Source of the DNA: Bacteroidota bacterium
GTDB lineage: Bacteria > Bacteroidota > Ignavibacteria > UBA10030
Length of the DNA: 64,000 nucleotides
Reading direction: 5' to 3'
Assembly: GCA_040880975.1 (NCBI GenBank)
Contig: JBBEEC010000058.1
Location: 4,299-68,298, forward strand
Shown: piece by piece, positions 9,237-19,557 of the stretch
Numbering within the stretch: position 1 is the first letter of the stretch
How the letters are laid out: the number at the start of each line of letters is the position of its first letter
Notes under the pieces: generated by a model
The model's input: the letters and a program-made list of their open reading frames with translations, nothing else
Database searches by the model: none
What the model was told of the DNA's origin: nothing
Position numbers and translations under genes: made by a program

Positions 9237-10079
9237 CTACAACACTCTATCAGACAGAATCTTCCGGACAGTTGCAAGAAACTCCGCCGGCGCTTCGAGC
9301 TGAGGCACATGACCCGATTCTTCAATAGTATGAATCGTACGGGTCGGAAGACGCTCTGCAAGGATCGAAAGTGTTTCAGGAGAGAGGAGCCGATCCGCCA
9401 TACCCCAAATGACACTGACTGGCAAGTGCAACCCGGGAAGATCAGCATTGACGAAATCCCGCTCCTGAACGGCTTTTACGATCTGCGGGACCTTCCTGCG
9501 AACAAGGTCTTCAAAAACAAAAGGCGTGAAAAATCTGAAATACCAGGGGTAGCGTTTCCAGATGCGATCGAGAAGCCGGTTGGTTTCCTTCGTTGAACGA
9601 ATGTCGAACAGGTCGACAAGCATCTCAGCTCCCTGAAAATAAACGCCGGCCGTGTTCACCAGAATGAGGTGATCGACGCGCTGCGGATGTTTCAACGCAT
9701 ACTTCATTGTGAGCCATCCGCCGAGAGAATGTCCCAGGAGAACAAAACTCCCCTCAACGGTCTCTTCGATGAACTGCTCAAGTATTGCGGCATACTCATC
9801 AATGGTGTGGACGGGAAAGCCGTCTTTCGGGATGGACAACCCGAATCCGGGCAGATCGGGGGCGATGACATGATAGTCACGGGAAAGGTCGGGAAGGGTA
9901 TGTGTCCATGTTGATGCGGAGGTCCCAAGTCCATGCACAAGAACGAGAGTTTCCCTGGGATTCTTGGGACACGCCTCATAATAGTGCATGGTTGTGCCCG
10001 AAACAGAAACGCTCTTGCTTGCGATCCCCTGGCTTTTCAGGCTTTTGCGGACGAGTCGATGGAGGAACTGGATCATCAT
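9237..10079 (-). CDS. Alpha/beta fold hydrolase (MhpC-like)
   Basis: VHGLG, PDLPGFG, GHSLGG and SGHVPQLE motifs. Confidence 0.92.
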   Translation of the reverse strand: MMIQFLHRLVRKSLKSQGIASKSVSVSGTTMHYYEACPKNPRETLVLVHGLGTSASTWTHTLPDLSRDYHVIAPDLPGFGLSIPKDGFPVHTIDEYAAILEQFIEETVEGSFVLLGHSLGGWLTMKYALKHPQRVDHLILVNTAGVYFQGAEMLVDLFDIRSTKETNRLLDRIWKRYPWYFRFFTPFVFEDLVRRKVPQIVKAVQERDFVNADLPGLHLPVSVIWGMADRLLSPETLSILAERLPTRTIHTIEESGHVPQLEAPAEFLATVRKILSDRVL

Positions 10080-10082
10080 GGT

Positions 10083-11009
10083 TCAAAAAGGGAATTTCTG
10101 GCTCAACCAGTCTTTTGTCATCTCATACCAGAAGATCAACCCCCGCCACGAGCCATATTTCTTGTACGCGCGCTCAATGGTCCCGTCGCTCACTTTTCGC
10201 CCGTGATGATGAATCTCGGCATATTTCGCACGAACCCATGAATCCAGCGCCAGGTAATCGTACCGGCCCAACAATCTCAACAGATTCCCGGCCGCATACT
10301 CCCCGACTCCCTTCACCGTTCGCACCTCTTTGAACAATTCCTCTGTCCGTAACTTCGATTCTCTCCACGACTCCACGTCCAATTTCCCCGAAGCGACCCG
10401 TTCCGCGAATTCAACGAGGTAAGGAGAACGATATCCTGACCGGATTTCCTTTCTCATAAAACCCTCTGGAGGGGACGCCATTTTTGCGGGTGTCGGAAAG
10501 GAAAATACACCTGCCGGAAATTCTTCGCCGAGTTTTGTCGTCAGATTATTTACCATCACCTCTGTGAGACCCCAGGTGCAGTTCGTCGTGCACATCATCT
10601 TTACGAGATCCTCGAAAACGGTCGGCGCGCGCAGGAGCCTTCCTGACCCTGAAGTCCGTATCCACCGCAGGCTCCGGCTATTGCCAACAAGGGAAAAGAA
10701 TTCCGATAAATCCTCGTCGAGGCGAAAACAGGATCGTAACTGTTCACGGACTTCGGATCGTTGCGATGGGGTGAGAGGGCGGCGGGACTCGGCACGAACG
10801 GAGATTCCCGAAGATGACTCCCGAAGAGCGCACTGGACAAGTACACCCCCTGCAAGCCGCAACTGGCGTTTCAGTTCGTGGCGTTCTTTGTCAACGAGAA
10901 ACGGAGGAAGGGAAGACCAGCCATGGCTATGGACTGTTCGCCAGAAGCTGAAATACTTCGGAACAGAAATAACACTTCGGGTGACAACAGGTGAATCAGA
11001 GGAGCGCAT
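10083..11009 (-). CDS. HhH-GPD DNA glycosylase (AlkA/Ogg1-like)
   Basis: FEDLVKMMCTTNC, FPTP, GYRSPYL, HhH motif VKGVGEYAA and LALDSW. Confidence 0.85.
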   Translation of the reverse strand: MRSSDSPVVTRSVISVPKYFSFWRTVHSHGWSSLPPFLVDKERHELKRQLRLAGGVLVQCALRESSSGISVRAESRRPLTPSQRSEVREQLRSCFRLDEDLSEFFSLVGNSRSLRWIRTSGSGRLLRAPTVFEDLVKMMCTTNCTWGLTEVMVNNLTTKLGEEFPAGVFSFPTPAKMASPPEGFMRKEIRSGYRSPYLVEFAERVASGKLDVESWRESKLRTEELFKEVRTVKGVGEYAAGNLLRLLGRYDYLALDSWVRAKYAEIHHHGRKVSDGTIERAYKKYGSWRGLIFWYEMTKDWLSQKFPF

Positions 11010-13107
11010 GAACCCGGGCAGTGGTTTCTTTCACGCGTTCCAGGATCGTTTCCAGGATCTGGATTTCCTTGGAAACTCCATCCCATTCCCTGCGCTCGGC
11101 AGCTTGCACGATCCCAGGGAGGCCAACCGACTCGTATCCGGTTGCCGTGACGATCCGATGCTTATACCATTCCCGACCCGACAAACCCTGCTCGATGGCA
11201 AACGATCGTTCGAGACTGAGAAGAAGGGCGTTGACCCGTTTGAGATTGTTCGGATCGCTGATGTCGGCGATCCTCGCATCGACGTTCTGTGCAAGCTCCT
11301 TCCATTCCTCGGCCATTGTTCGTACTGAGGCAACGTCCGTCGTCTCCGGCCACAATTTGCCGTACCGCGACTCTATCTTGGTGAGCTGACTGAGAATCTC
11401 GTCGGCATAGGGCGTTAGGACGAAGGGGAGAACATCGGCATTCGCCATACGCATCGCAGCAAGCGCAGCGAGGCGCGCGCCGGCGGCATGATAAGAGAAC
11501 CCCGGGTCGGCAAACCGCTTCATCCAATCGAAATTGTCGTAGTATGAATGATAGATCCCGCCGGGTCCGCCAAATCCAAACCCCATCGCCGGAATGCCAA
11601 GATGATTCTGAAACACCACATGATCGGATCCGCCTCCCATACGCCCTACATTGATGGCTGCGGTTTCCGGAATAGTTTCTTCGAGCCCGCGGGGGGCTTT
11701 GTCTTTGTTTTGGCTGTACCACCATGCGGAGAGAACAGGGACGTTCCGGAGCGGGTCTGTGACGTCACCGGCGAGGTTGCGGAGAAAAAGATCGAGCGAA
11801 GGTGTGCCGCTGGCGCCGAAATTCGATCCGGAAATCGTCGCGTCGAAGTTCATGTAAACAACGGCTTTCTTCTTCAGCTCGTCGCGAAATTCTTCACCCC
11901 ACTCCGTCGATCCTATCAAACCATATTCTTCAGCATCCCACTGGGCAAACACCAGAGTGCGCCGCGGCTTCCATCCGGCCTTGATCTGTTGTCCGATTGC
12001 CCGCGCAGCTTCCAGTAACACTGCTGTTCCTCCATTCGGATCCTGCGCACCAAAAACCCATCCGTCGCGATGCCCGCCCAAAATGATCCATTGATCCGGC
12101 TCCTCAGTTCCTTTGATGATCGCAATGTTATTCCAGATGGGCCGGACCTTGAACTCCATCTCCAATTGCACGCGGACCTTTGTCGGACCGGGGCCAATGT
12201 GATACGTGAATGGAAGGCCGCCTTGCCACTCCCGAGGTACCGTCTTGCCTTCCAGCGTGCGCAAAATGTGTTGTGCTGCACCATAAGAAATTGGAGTGCA
12301 CGGGATCGTTGGCATGTCCGGATCTTCCCCGATCTTGATCCGCTTGGCATCCTTCGTTGCGGGGATGTTGGGGGTGAGAGGATCACCGGGATATTGCTCG
12401 GAAAACCTGATGCTTCCCCGCTGGACTCCGTCCCAGGGCCGCATGGGACCCTTTGGATACACATCGCCGGCCATGAACCCGTCATCCGAAGGATCCGAAT
12501 ACAGAATGATCCCAACGGCTCCGGCTTTGGTGGCTTCCAGAACCTTCAGTCCGCGATAAACGCGCCCGTAACGTGCGATGACGATCTTTCCCTTCACGTC
12601 GACACCAAGCTCTCTCAGCCGTTCAAAATCGGCAGCCAATCCGTAGTTGGCATAGACAACCGTCGATGTCACGTCTCCCGATGGAGAGTAGGCGTTGAAG
12701 GGAATGAGGGCGTCGGGGTGAAAATCCGTTTCTTCTCTCGTCGAGAGTTCTTTTTCAATCGGATCAAGAATGGAAACACTGACCCTTTTGGGGTACGGGA
12801 GCAGGACGTAATACTCCTTTATGCGGGAATCAAATCCAAACTCCTTGAACCGTTCCTGGACGTATTCGGCCACCCTACGTCCGCCCGGACTGCCGGCATG
12901 ATGCGGCTCTTTCGTCAGGTCAAACAGAAATTGCTCCGCATTTCGCTCTTGGATGTTCGAAAGAACGGCGGCTTCGTGTTTCCGTTGCAACGATGCGCGA
13001 TCCGGAAGAAATCCATGAATCCCCTTGTCCTGGCAGACGGTAACAAGCGGAATGAATATGGCGAGTGCAGTAAAGCGAATCATCTTCATGGTATTCCTTT
13101 TGGTCAT
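10996..13107 (-). CDS. M28 peptidase, glutamate carboxypeptidase II / transferrin-receptor-like
   Basis: PA domain (VYANYG, GKIVIARYG), GGHRDGW, WDAEEYGLIGS, GGSDH, YHSYYD and a TfR dimerisation tail. Confidence 0.93.
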   Translation of the reverse strand: MTKRNTMKMIRFTALAIFIPLVTVCQDKGIHGFLPDRASLQRKHEAAVLSNIQERNAEQFLFDLTKEPHHAGSPGGRRVAEYVQERFKEFGFDSRIKEYYVLLPYPKRVSVSILDPIEKELSTREETDFHPDALIPFNAYSPSGDVTSTVVYANYGLAADFERLRELGVDVKGKIVIARYGRVYRGLKVLEATKAGAVGIILYSDPSDDGFMAGDVYPKGPMRPWDGVQRGSIRFSEQYPGDPLTPNIPATKDAKRIKIGEDPDMPTIPCTPISYGAAQHILRTLEGKTVPREWQGGLPFTYHIGPGPTKVRVQLEMEFKVRPIWNNIAIIKGTEEPDQWIILGGHRDGWVFGAQDPNGGTAVLLEAARAIGQQIKAGWKPRRTLVFAQWDAEEYGLIGSTEWGEEFRDELKKKAVVYMNFDATISGSNFGASGTPSLDLFLRNLAGDVTDPLRNVPVLSAWWYSQNKDKAPRGLEETIPETAAINVGRMGGGSDHVVFQNHLGIPAMGFGFGGPGGIYHSYYDNFDWMKRFADPGFSYHAAGARLAALAAMRMANADVLPFVLTPYADEILSQLTKIESRYGKLWPETTDVASVRTMAEEWKELAQNVDARIADISDPNNLKRVNALLLSLERSFAIEQGLSGREWYKHRIVTATGYESVGLPGIVQAAERREWDGVSKEIQILETILERVKETTARVHALL

Positions 13108-13505
13108 AGATAAATCGGTCTATCGGCATCCATTTCGATCTTGCCGCTGAGATCGGCATAAACAGGCGTAGGTTTTGTCGGAGGGATCTGGACGGCCCAG
13201 TCACCTTTGGCATTCCGCACGACCGATCCCCAAAGCTTGCGGGCTTTTGTTTCCGTGAATTTCTCCCAGAAAATCCAGCCAAACCACGCGGTGGTATTTT
13301 CAATAAAAAAGGCCGGCGCCCGCTCACCTATCTTCACATCCACCTCTCCGACCGTCGTTCTTGTGAATCCGTTCTCTTCAAGGCAGCGAATGAATTCGCC
13401 AACGACCGGAGTGCCATCGAGGACAAGTAAATGCTTCGACCTTGTCGCTCCCCGCCCAGTAACAATGTCCGACAAGGCCTCCGAGAGTGCTACCCTGGCA
13501 TTCAT
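13104..13505 (-). CDS. Hypothetical protein
   Basis: 133-aa ORF whose stop overlaps the start of the M28 gene; Trp-rich core. Confidence 0.65.
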   Translation of the reverse strand: MNARVALSEALSDIVTGRGATRSKHLLVLDGTPVVGEFIRCLEENGFTRTTVGEVDVKIGERAPAFFIENTTAWFGWIFWEKFTETKARKLWGSVVRNAKGDWAVQIPPTKPTPVYADLSGKIEMDADRPIYL

Positions 13506-13642
13506 TGCTAATAATGTAGCAAGGGAACTGCCAATTTACAATTGACAATTACTGATCAGCACACTAACTCAAGACCTACTAACCAACTTGCACTCGACCC
13601 TTTCTCTGACTATTTTGCCTTTTCACTTGAAAGGCCCCTCCG

Positions 13643-14593
13643 GTGAGCCATCCGGCAATTGAGGTAAAAGATCTGGTGAAATTCTATGAGAAGCGCGGTC
13701 AACCGTTGGTACGCGCCGTGCAGGGTGTTTCCTTCTCCGTTCGGAAGGGCGAGATCTTCGGACTTCTGGGTCCGAATGGCGCCGGAAAGACAACGACCCT
13801 CAAAATCCTCACGACCCTTCTTCTTCCGACGTCTGGTTCCGTTCGTGTCATGGGGTTTGACGTTGCCACGCATTCATTGGACGTGCGCAAAAACATCTGC
13901 GTGGTCGTGCAGGATAATGCCATCGAGCTTTACCTTTCTGTCAGGAACAACTTCCGGACTTTCGGCCGGTTCCACGGCCTGACAACCGGGGAAGTGGAAC
14001 AGCGGATGGGGCGGATATCAGAGCTTTTTGGCCTGCAAGAGCATCTGAACGCAAAAGGTGTGGATCTGAGCGGCGGCCTCAAGCGAAGAGTTCAGGTGGC
14101 AAAGATGTTCCTCATCGATAAGCCGATCGTTTTCCTGGACGAAGCGACAACGGGAATGGACACGTTCAACAAGCGTTCCACGATTGCGGCTATAAAAGAA
14201 GAGGCAAGGAAAGGACGGACGGTTGTTCTGACAACGCACTTGCTGGATGAAGCAGAAGAACTTTGCGATTCGCTTGCGATCATTAACCATGGGCGCGTGA
14301 TTGCCTCCGGAAGCACCGATCAGGTCAAGGCCATGGGCCTGAAAATGATGTATGTTTGGCTGGATTTCAAAAAAATCGGGAAGAAAACGGTCCAGTCGAT
14401 AGCAAAATGGAAACCCGTGAAACTGGAAACAAAGGGAACGTCTATCGAGCTCACGGTGAGAGACGACAAAGCGGCGCTGGCAATTGTCGCGGCCGCAAGG
14501 AAGACAGGGCTATTAAGGAACTTTGAGATCGTGAACGCCACGCTGGAAGACGTGTTTGTGGAACTTGTGGACAAAAAGCAGGAGGCGGCATAA
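13643..14593 (+). CDS. ABC transporter ATP-binding protein (DrrA/NodI-like)
   Basis: GPNGAGKTT, LSGG, FLDEATTG and H-loop TTH. Confidence 0.95.
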   Translation: MSHPAIEVKDLVKFYEKRGQPLVRAVQGVSFSVRKGEIFGLLGPNGAGKTTTLKILTTLLLPTSGSVRVMGFDVATHSLDVRKNICVVVQDNAIELYLSVRNNFRTFGRFHGLTTGEVEQRMGRISELFGLQEHLNAKGVDLSGGLKRRVQVAKMFLIDKPIVFLDEATTGMDTFNKRSTIAAIKEEARKGRTVVLTTHLLDEAEELCDSLAIINHGRVIASGSTDQVKAMGLKMMYVWLDFKKIGKKTVQSIAKWKPVKLETKGTSIELTVRDDKAALAIVAAARKTGLLRNFEIVNATLEDVFVELVDKKQEAA

Positions 14594-15354
14594 TGCAGGC
14601 CGTTCTTGCCATTGTTTACCGGGAGTATCTCATCAGATTGACGAGCCCGTTGTGGCTTTTTTTTGATCTGGTCGTTCCGCTTATGTATTTGCTCATGTTT
14701 GGCGTTGGCCTGGATCGCGCGATTGGATTGGGAATAGCGCTTGAGGGGCGGGCGGTCTCCTACAATGAATTTTTCCTGGCTGGTGTACTCTCCATGTCGT
14801 GCTTTGGGAGCGCGATCAACCAGTCGTACGGCTTTTTTGTCGATCGTGATAATGGGATTTTCTACGAGTTTCTGACCTACCCGATGACGCGGGGGCAGTT
14901 TCTCGTCGGGAAAATTCTTTTCCAATGTCTCATGTCCATTGTGCAGGCTGCTCTGACCCTTTCGTGCGCTGTCTGGATCCTGGAAATACAGCTCAGGTGG
15001 GAGTTCTTGCTCCCGCTGATCGCAGGGGTTGTGATCGGCATTGCTGCATGGTTCTTCTTTCTGGCGATCTTCGCGTTCCGGATTCGACGCAATGACACCT
15101 TTAACACAGTCATTAATGTTGCTTATTTTGTACTGATGTTCGTGAGCAGCATGTTCTATCCGCTCGACAGTGCTCCGGCATGGTTGCGGACCCTCGCGAT
15201 GGGAAATCCGCTCACCTGGCACACGGACGTCTTGCGCTATTTCACCATCGGCCTTGGCGATCCGCAGATCGTCCTTTGGGAAATCATCGGTTTCGGTTTA
15301 TTTCTCGTGGCGTCATTCTGGGTTGCAGTGAAGTCTCTTCAGAAAGCAGTCTAG
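14593..15354 (+). CDS. ABC-2 type permease
   Basis: Six TM helices; SSMFYPL...PAWL...NPLT motif; translationally coupled to the ATPase. Confidence 0.93.
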   Translation: MQAVLAIVYREYLIRLTSPLWLFFDLVVPLMYLLMFGVGLDRAIGLGIALEGRAVSYNEFFLAGVLSMSCFGSAINQSYGFFVDRDNGIFYEFLTYPMTRGQFLVGKILFQCLMSIVQAALTLSCAVWILEIQLRWEFLLPLIAGVVIGIAAWFFFLAIFAFRIRRNDTFNTVINVAYFVLMFVSSMFYPLDSAPAWLRTLAMGNPLTWHTDVLRYFTIGLGDPQIVLWEIIGFGLFLVASFWVAVKSLQKAV

Positions 15355-15393
15355 GGAAAATGATCGAGGAATCTGGTCCTTGAACATTTCACA

Positions 15394-15804
15394 ATGAACA
15401 TTCTCCTCATTCCAATATCGACAATCGGTCTTTTCATCTCCATCTACTTTGCGCTGGTGTACCGCAATATCATCCGCCCGGACACAACCTGGATCCCTAC
15501 GTTTTGCCGGATCGATGAGCAGAGTTGCGGATCGATCCTCCGCACGCCCGAAGCGAAGATCATCAGAATTCCGAACTTCTATCTCGGCATCGGGTACTAC
15601 GTCGCGCTTATCGTTCTGTCGTTCTTCCCTTCGATCATGCAGGACTTTCTTTTTGAATTGCGAATGCTTTCCGGGTTTACGGTATTTGTGGGAATCGTCC
15701 TCACCTATTCGCTGATATGGCGAATCAAAATCTCGTGTGTGTTGTGTTTCACGAGTCACGCTATTAATCTTATTCTTTTCCTTGTACTTCTCGCGTGGCC
15801 ATGA
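15394..15804 (+). CDS. Vitamin K epoxide reductase (VKOR) family protein
   Basis: Loop cysteines CRIDEQSC, CVLC motif and four TM helices. Confidence 0.88.
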   Translation: MNILLIPISTIGLFISIYFALVYRNIIRPDTTWIPTFCRIDEQSCGSILRTPEAKIIRIPNFYLGIGYYVALIVLSFFPSIMQDFLFELRMLSGFTVFVGIVLTYSLIWRIKISCVLCFTSHAINLILFLVLLAWP

Positions 15805-16754
15805 ACCGTGTAGGGTTTTATTATCATCCCGATTATCTGAAGCATCAAACCGGCCCGGGGCATCCCGAGCGGCCGGAACGATTGTCCCACCTGGTGAACT
15901 ACTTGCTTGGCCGCCCTGTTTGGAATTCTCTGATTCACCTTCAGCCCCGGCCGGCGCAGATCGATCACGTCACACTAGTACATCCTGAGAGTTATGTGTC
16001 AGGAATTGCAGAAGCATGCGCCTCCGGCATCAAGGTGCTCGACGCCGGTGACACACATGCCTGCAAGGAATCTTACGATGTTGCACTGCTTGCCGTAGGC
16101 GCTGCGGTGGAGGCGGTGGATCAAGTGTTGACGGGTAAGCTCAATTCGGCATTCTGCGCTGTTCGTCCGCCTGGCCATCACGCAGAAACCGCCACCGCGA
16201 TGGGTTTCTGCCTGTTCAACAACGCAGCGATCGCGGCACGGTATGCTCAAAAGGCCCACGGAATTGAACGGGTTGCGATTCTGGATTGGGATGTTCATCA
16301 CGGGAACGGAACTCAGGAGATCTTTTACGAAGACCCTTCGGTGCTTTACATCAGTCTTCATCAGTATCCGTTTTATCCGGGCACCGGAGCCGAAGGCGAA
16401 ACCGGGAGTAAAAAAGGGAAGGGGTTCACGCTGAATTGTCCGATGAAGGCGGGGGCCGGAGAGAGGGACTATCTTGATGCATTTCAGGAGCGAATAGTAC
16501 CGGCAGCGGAGTCTTTCCAGCCCCAGCTGCTGGTTCTTTCAGCAGGCTTTGATGCGCACAAGGACGATCCGTTGGCCGGGATTAATTTGGAAGAGGGGTC
16601 GTTCGAGAAAATGACAAGAATTGTCAAGAAGGTTGCAGACGATCATTGCGACGGTAAGATTGTTTCCGTGCTCGAGGGTGGGTATGACCTTGAGGCCCTT
16701 GCCGGGAGTGCCGAGAAGCATCTTGGAATGCTTGTTTCCGAGGCCGCGACTTGA
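15801..16754 (+). CDS. Histone deacetylase family (AcuC/HdaH-like) protein
   Basis: HPERPERL, RPPGHHA, GFCLFNN, DWDVHHGNGT, SAGFDAH and LEGGY. Confidence 0.95.
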   Translation: MNRVGFYYHPDYLKHQTGPGHPERPERLSHLVNYLLGRPVWNSLIHLQPRPAQIDHVTLVHPESYVSGIAEACASGIKVLDAGDTHACKESYDVALLAVGAAVEAVDQVLTGKLNSAFCAVRPPGHHAETATAMGFCLFNNAAIAARYAQKAHGIERVAILDWDVHHGNGTQEIFYEDPSVLYISLHQYPFYPGTGAEGETGSKKGKGFTLNCPMKAGAGERDYLDAFQERIVPAAESFQPQLLVLSAGFDAHKDDPLAGINLEEGSFEKMTRIVKKVADDHCDGKIVSVLEGGYDLEALAGSAEKHLGMLVSEAAT

Positions 16755-16779
16755 CAAGTTCTTTCGAGCCCGTTATATT
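16751..16779 (+). promoter_or_regulatory. Sigma70 promoter of the thiamine operon
   Basis: TTGACA-17 nt-TATATT just upstream of the riboswitch. Confidence 0.7.
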
Positions 16780-16816
16780 GTACTACGTTCTTTGAGTTGA
16801 GTATTTTACTTCTCGC

Positions 16817-16920
16817 CCGTTAGGGGTGTCCCGTGAGCGACCGGCTTTGGCCGGGAGTTGAACCGGGACTGAGATAAAACCCTGGAACCTGATCTGGATC
16901 ATACCAGCGAAGGAAAACGG
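16817..16920 (+). ncRNA. TPP riboswitch (THI element)
   Basis: GGGGTG...CTGAGA...ACCC..GAACCTGATCTGGATCATACCAGCGAAGG consensus; P1 CCGTT/AACGG; upstream of thiamine genes. Confidence 0.93.
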
Positions 16921-16935
16921 AAGACCCGTGTCTTT

Positions 16936-16979
16936 AAGCCGTTTTCCTTTCATTGCTATGATCGGAAATCGGCTTTTTT
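16936..16979 (+). terminator. Riboswitch expression-platform terminator
   Basis: AAGCCGTTTTCC...GGAAATCGGCTT plus a T tract. The left arm can instead pair with AAGGAAAACGG of the aptamer (antiterminator). Confidence 0.8.
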
Positions 16980-17002
16980 CGTTTACTGAAGGTGATACGC
17001 TC

Positions 17003-19438
17003 ATGATGAAATATATTTTGTTGAGTTTGGTTTCAATCCCCATGACGCTGTTCACCCAGCCGTCAGGCGTGTTGACCGGGAAGGTGCTTGAACTGAACAA
17101 CCGGAAACAGCTCGCTTCGGCCAATATTGTTCTGAAAGGAACCTCAACCGGTACCAGCTCTGCGGCAGACGGGACATTTCGTTTGTCGGTACCGGTTGGC
17201 AGGCAGCTTATTGCGGTAAGCTTCGTCGGATTCGAGACGATCGAACGAGAGGTCGAGGTTCGGCCGGATGAAGTGATGGATGTGGAGTTTCTTTTATCTC
17301 CGAAAATTCTCCCCGGACAGACCATTGTGGTAACGTCAACCCGTGGGAAGGAGCGTGAAACCCCCGCAACGTTTTCCACCCTCGAAGCAAAGGAACTGGC
17401 AACCCGGTACAATACACAGGATATTCCGCAGCTTCTTTCGGAGCTTCCCTCGACGACATTTTATTCCGATAACGGGAACGGGATCGGTTACACCTATTTG
17501 AATATCCGTGGATTCGACCAGCGAAGGATCTCTGTGATGATTAACGGCATTCCGCAGAACGACCCGGAAGATCATAATGTGTACTGGCTCGATTTTCCGG
17601 ACCTGGCGGCAAATCTGGAGGACATTCAGGTGCAACGTGGAGCCGGGAGCGCGTTTTACGGCCCCGCTGCCATAGGAGGATCGGTAAACCTCATCACATC
17701 CAGTTTTGCATCGTCGCCGGGGATAACGGCTTCGTCCGGAATCGGAACATTCAACACCCGGAAGTACTCGGTGAAAGCGAATTCGGGACTTGTCGCCAAC
17801 CGGTATGCGTTTCAGGCGAAGCTATCGAGGATTATCAGTGACGGATATCGCGAGAGGTCGTGGGCAGATTTCTCGAGTTATTTTCTGGGTGCTGTTCGCT
17901 ATGACGAAACGATGACAACGCAGCTGAATTTTTACGGTGGTCCCGTGAAAGACCATCTGGCGTACTATGGGATCTCCAAACAAGATGCATATTCGTCCGA
18001 CGAGACAATCCGACGCGCAAATCCGATTCAGAGACCGGAGGAAATCGAGAATTTCAGTCAGCCACATTATGAGCTGCTCCACGAATGGAAGTTGAATGAG
18101 ACGGTAACATTGAACAATTCTCTGTTTTATGTCACAGGAGAAGGATTTTTTGACTACGACGGATCCTGGGCGCCGTACTCTTATTATCGAATCACGCCGC
18201 AAAATGGTTTTGCCGTCACCGGCGATCCGGACACATTGTACATTGCCAATGCACTCATTCGTGCGTGGGTCGGGAACCGGCAATTCGGATGGCTCCCCAG
18301 GGCAACGATAAAGCATGAAGGCGGAGAACTAACCGTCGGCGTGGAATTGCGGAGACATCGCTCCTTGCACTGGGGTGCCTTGCGGTGGGGTGAAGGGTTG
18401 CCGATCGGTGTCACTCCGGAGTACCATTACTATGAATACAACGGCGCGAAGGAGATGTTTTCGCTTTATGCCCATGAGGTGTGGCGAATTCAGCCGAATT
18501 TGACGCTGATGGCAGATCTCCAGTACGCGTATAACAAGTATCGTCTGTATAATGAACGATATCTCGGAACGGATTTTTCTGTCCCGTATCACTTCGTGAA
18601 TCCGCGATTGGGAGTAAATTACAATGTGACGTCGAAATTGAATATCTATGCCCAGGTTTCGCGAACCTCCCGCGAACCCCGCCTGAAAAACCTCTACGAC
18701 GCTGCGGAAGCCAGTTACCCCGCAATCTGGGGGATCGTTGAGCCGCAATTTGAGCAAAGACCCGGCGGTGGGTACGATTTTTCAAAACCGCTTGTGAAAC
18801 CGGAGGTTCTGACGGATCTTGAACTGGGCGGGGGATATATCTCTCCGGATTTTCGCGCAACGGCGAACTTCTTTCTCATGGATTTCTCGAACGAAATCAT
18901 CAAGAGCGGCCAGCTCGACCGCTTCGGTCAGCCCGTCACGGGCAACGCGGAGAAAACGAGGCATATTGGAATTGAGCTCACCGCGACCGCGCGCATCGGG
19001 TATTTCGAGTTTCATGGGAACATGACGACGAGCAGAAACAGGCTCGTGAAGTATACGGTCTTCGATTCGGGAACTCCGCAATCCCTTGACGGAAACACCA
19101 TTGCAGGTTTTCCGGAAGTCATTGCCAATGTTCGGGCAAGTTTCTCCAACGAAGGGTTGAGCGCCGTGCTTTCCATGCAGCATGTTGGTGATTTCTACAC
19201 CGACAATTTTCAAAACCCGGGCAAGGGAATTTCCGATCCCGCCCGCACCGTTGATGCCTACACGGTATTTCATGCATGGCTGAATTATCGTTTTGATCCG
19301 GGATTGGGGCAATCGGTGGAAATGCGTCTTCAGGTGAGCAATCTTTTTGACGCGATCTATGCGTCGCATGGAGAAGGCGACGATTTTTTCCCCGCGGCAA
19401 CAAAAAATGTGTTTGGATCAATACAAATAGTGTTATAA
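17003..19438 (+). CDS. TonB-dependent receptor, probably for thiamine
   Basis: Carboxypeptidase-regulatory-like N-domain, plug (IRGFDQRRISVMINGIP, IQVQRGAGS) and barrel; under TPP riboswitch control. Confidence 0.92.
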   Translation: MMKYILLSLVSIPMTLFTQPSGVLTGKVLELNNRKQLASANIVLKGTSTGTSSAADGTFRLSVPVGRQLIAVSFVGFETIEREVEVRPDEVMDVEFLLSPKILPGQTIVVTSTRGKERETPATFSTLEAKELATRYNTQDIPQLLSELPSTTFYSDNGNGIGYTYLNIRGFDQRRISVMINGIPQNDPEDHNVYWLDFPDLAANLEDIQVQRGAGSAFYGPAAIGGSVNLITSSFASSPGITASSGIGTFNTRKYSVKANSGLVANRYAFQAKLSRIISDGYRERSWADFSSYFLGAVRYDETMTTQLNFYGGPVKDHLAYYGISKQDAYSSDETIRRANPIQRPEEIENFSQPHYELLHEWKLNETVTLNNSLFYVTGEGFFDYDGSWAPYSYYRITPQNGFAVTGDPDTLYIANALIRAWVGNRQFGWLPRATIKHEGGELTVGVELRRHRSLHWGALRWGEGLPIGVTPEYHYYEYNGAKEMFSLYAHEVWRIQPNLTLMADLQYAYNKYRLYNERYLGTDFSVPYHFVNPRLGVNYNVTSKLNIYAQVSRTSREPRLKNLYDAAEASYPAIWGIVEPQFEQRPGGGYDFSKPLVKPEVLTDLELGGGYISPDFRATANFFLMDFSNEIIKSGQLDRFGQPVTGNAEKTRHIGIELTATARIGYFEFHGNMTTSRNRLVKYTVFDSGTPQSLDGNTIAGFPEVIANVRASFSNEGLSAVLSMQHVGDFYTDNFQNPGKGISDPARTVDAYTVFHAWLNYRFDPGLGQSVEMRLQVSNLFDAIYASHGEGDDFFPAATKNVFGSIQIVL

Positions 19439-19439
19439 G

Positions 19440-19533
19440 AAATCCTAAATTAAATTCGAAACAAACTCTAAACCCGAATTTCTAAGCAGCTTTTAGTGTT
19501 TAGATATTGTTTGGAATTTTAAAATTAGAATTT
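19440..19533. repeat. AT-rich imperfect inverted repeat (long hairpin)
   Basis: AAATTCGAAACAAACTCTAAAC versus the reverse complement of the right arm, AAATTCCAAACAATATCTAAAC. Confidence 0.7.
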
Positions 19534-19557
19534 CGTGCTTCCACAGTTGAATTATCT

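Noticed and set aside
12070-13113. Long antisense ORF (also 10564-11328, 14320-15222, 21681-22460, 35671-36459, 53411-54661, 59349-60452)
   Set aside because: These are shadow frames of well-supported genes in GC-rich DNA, with no recognisable motifs.
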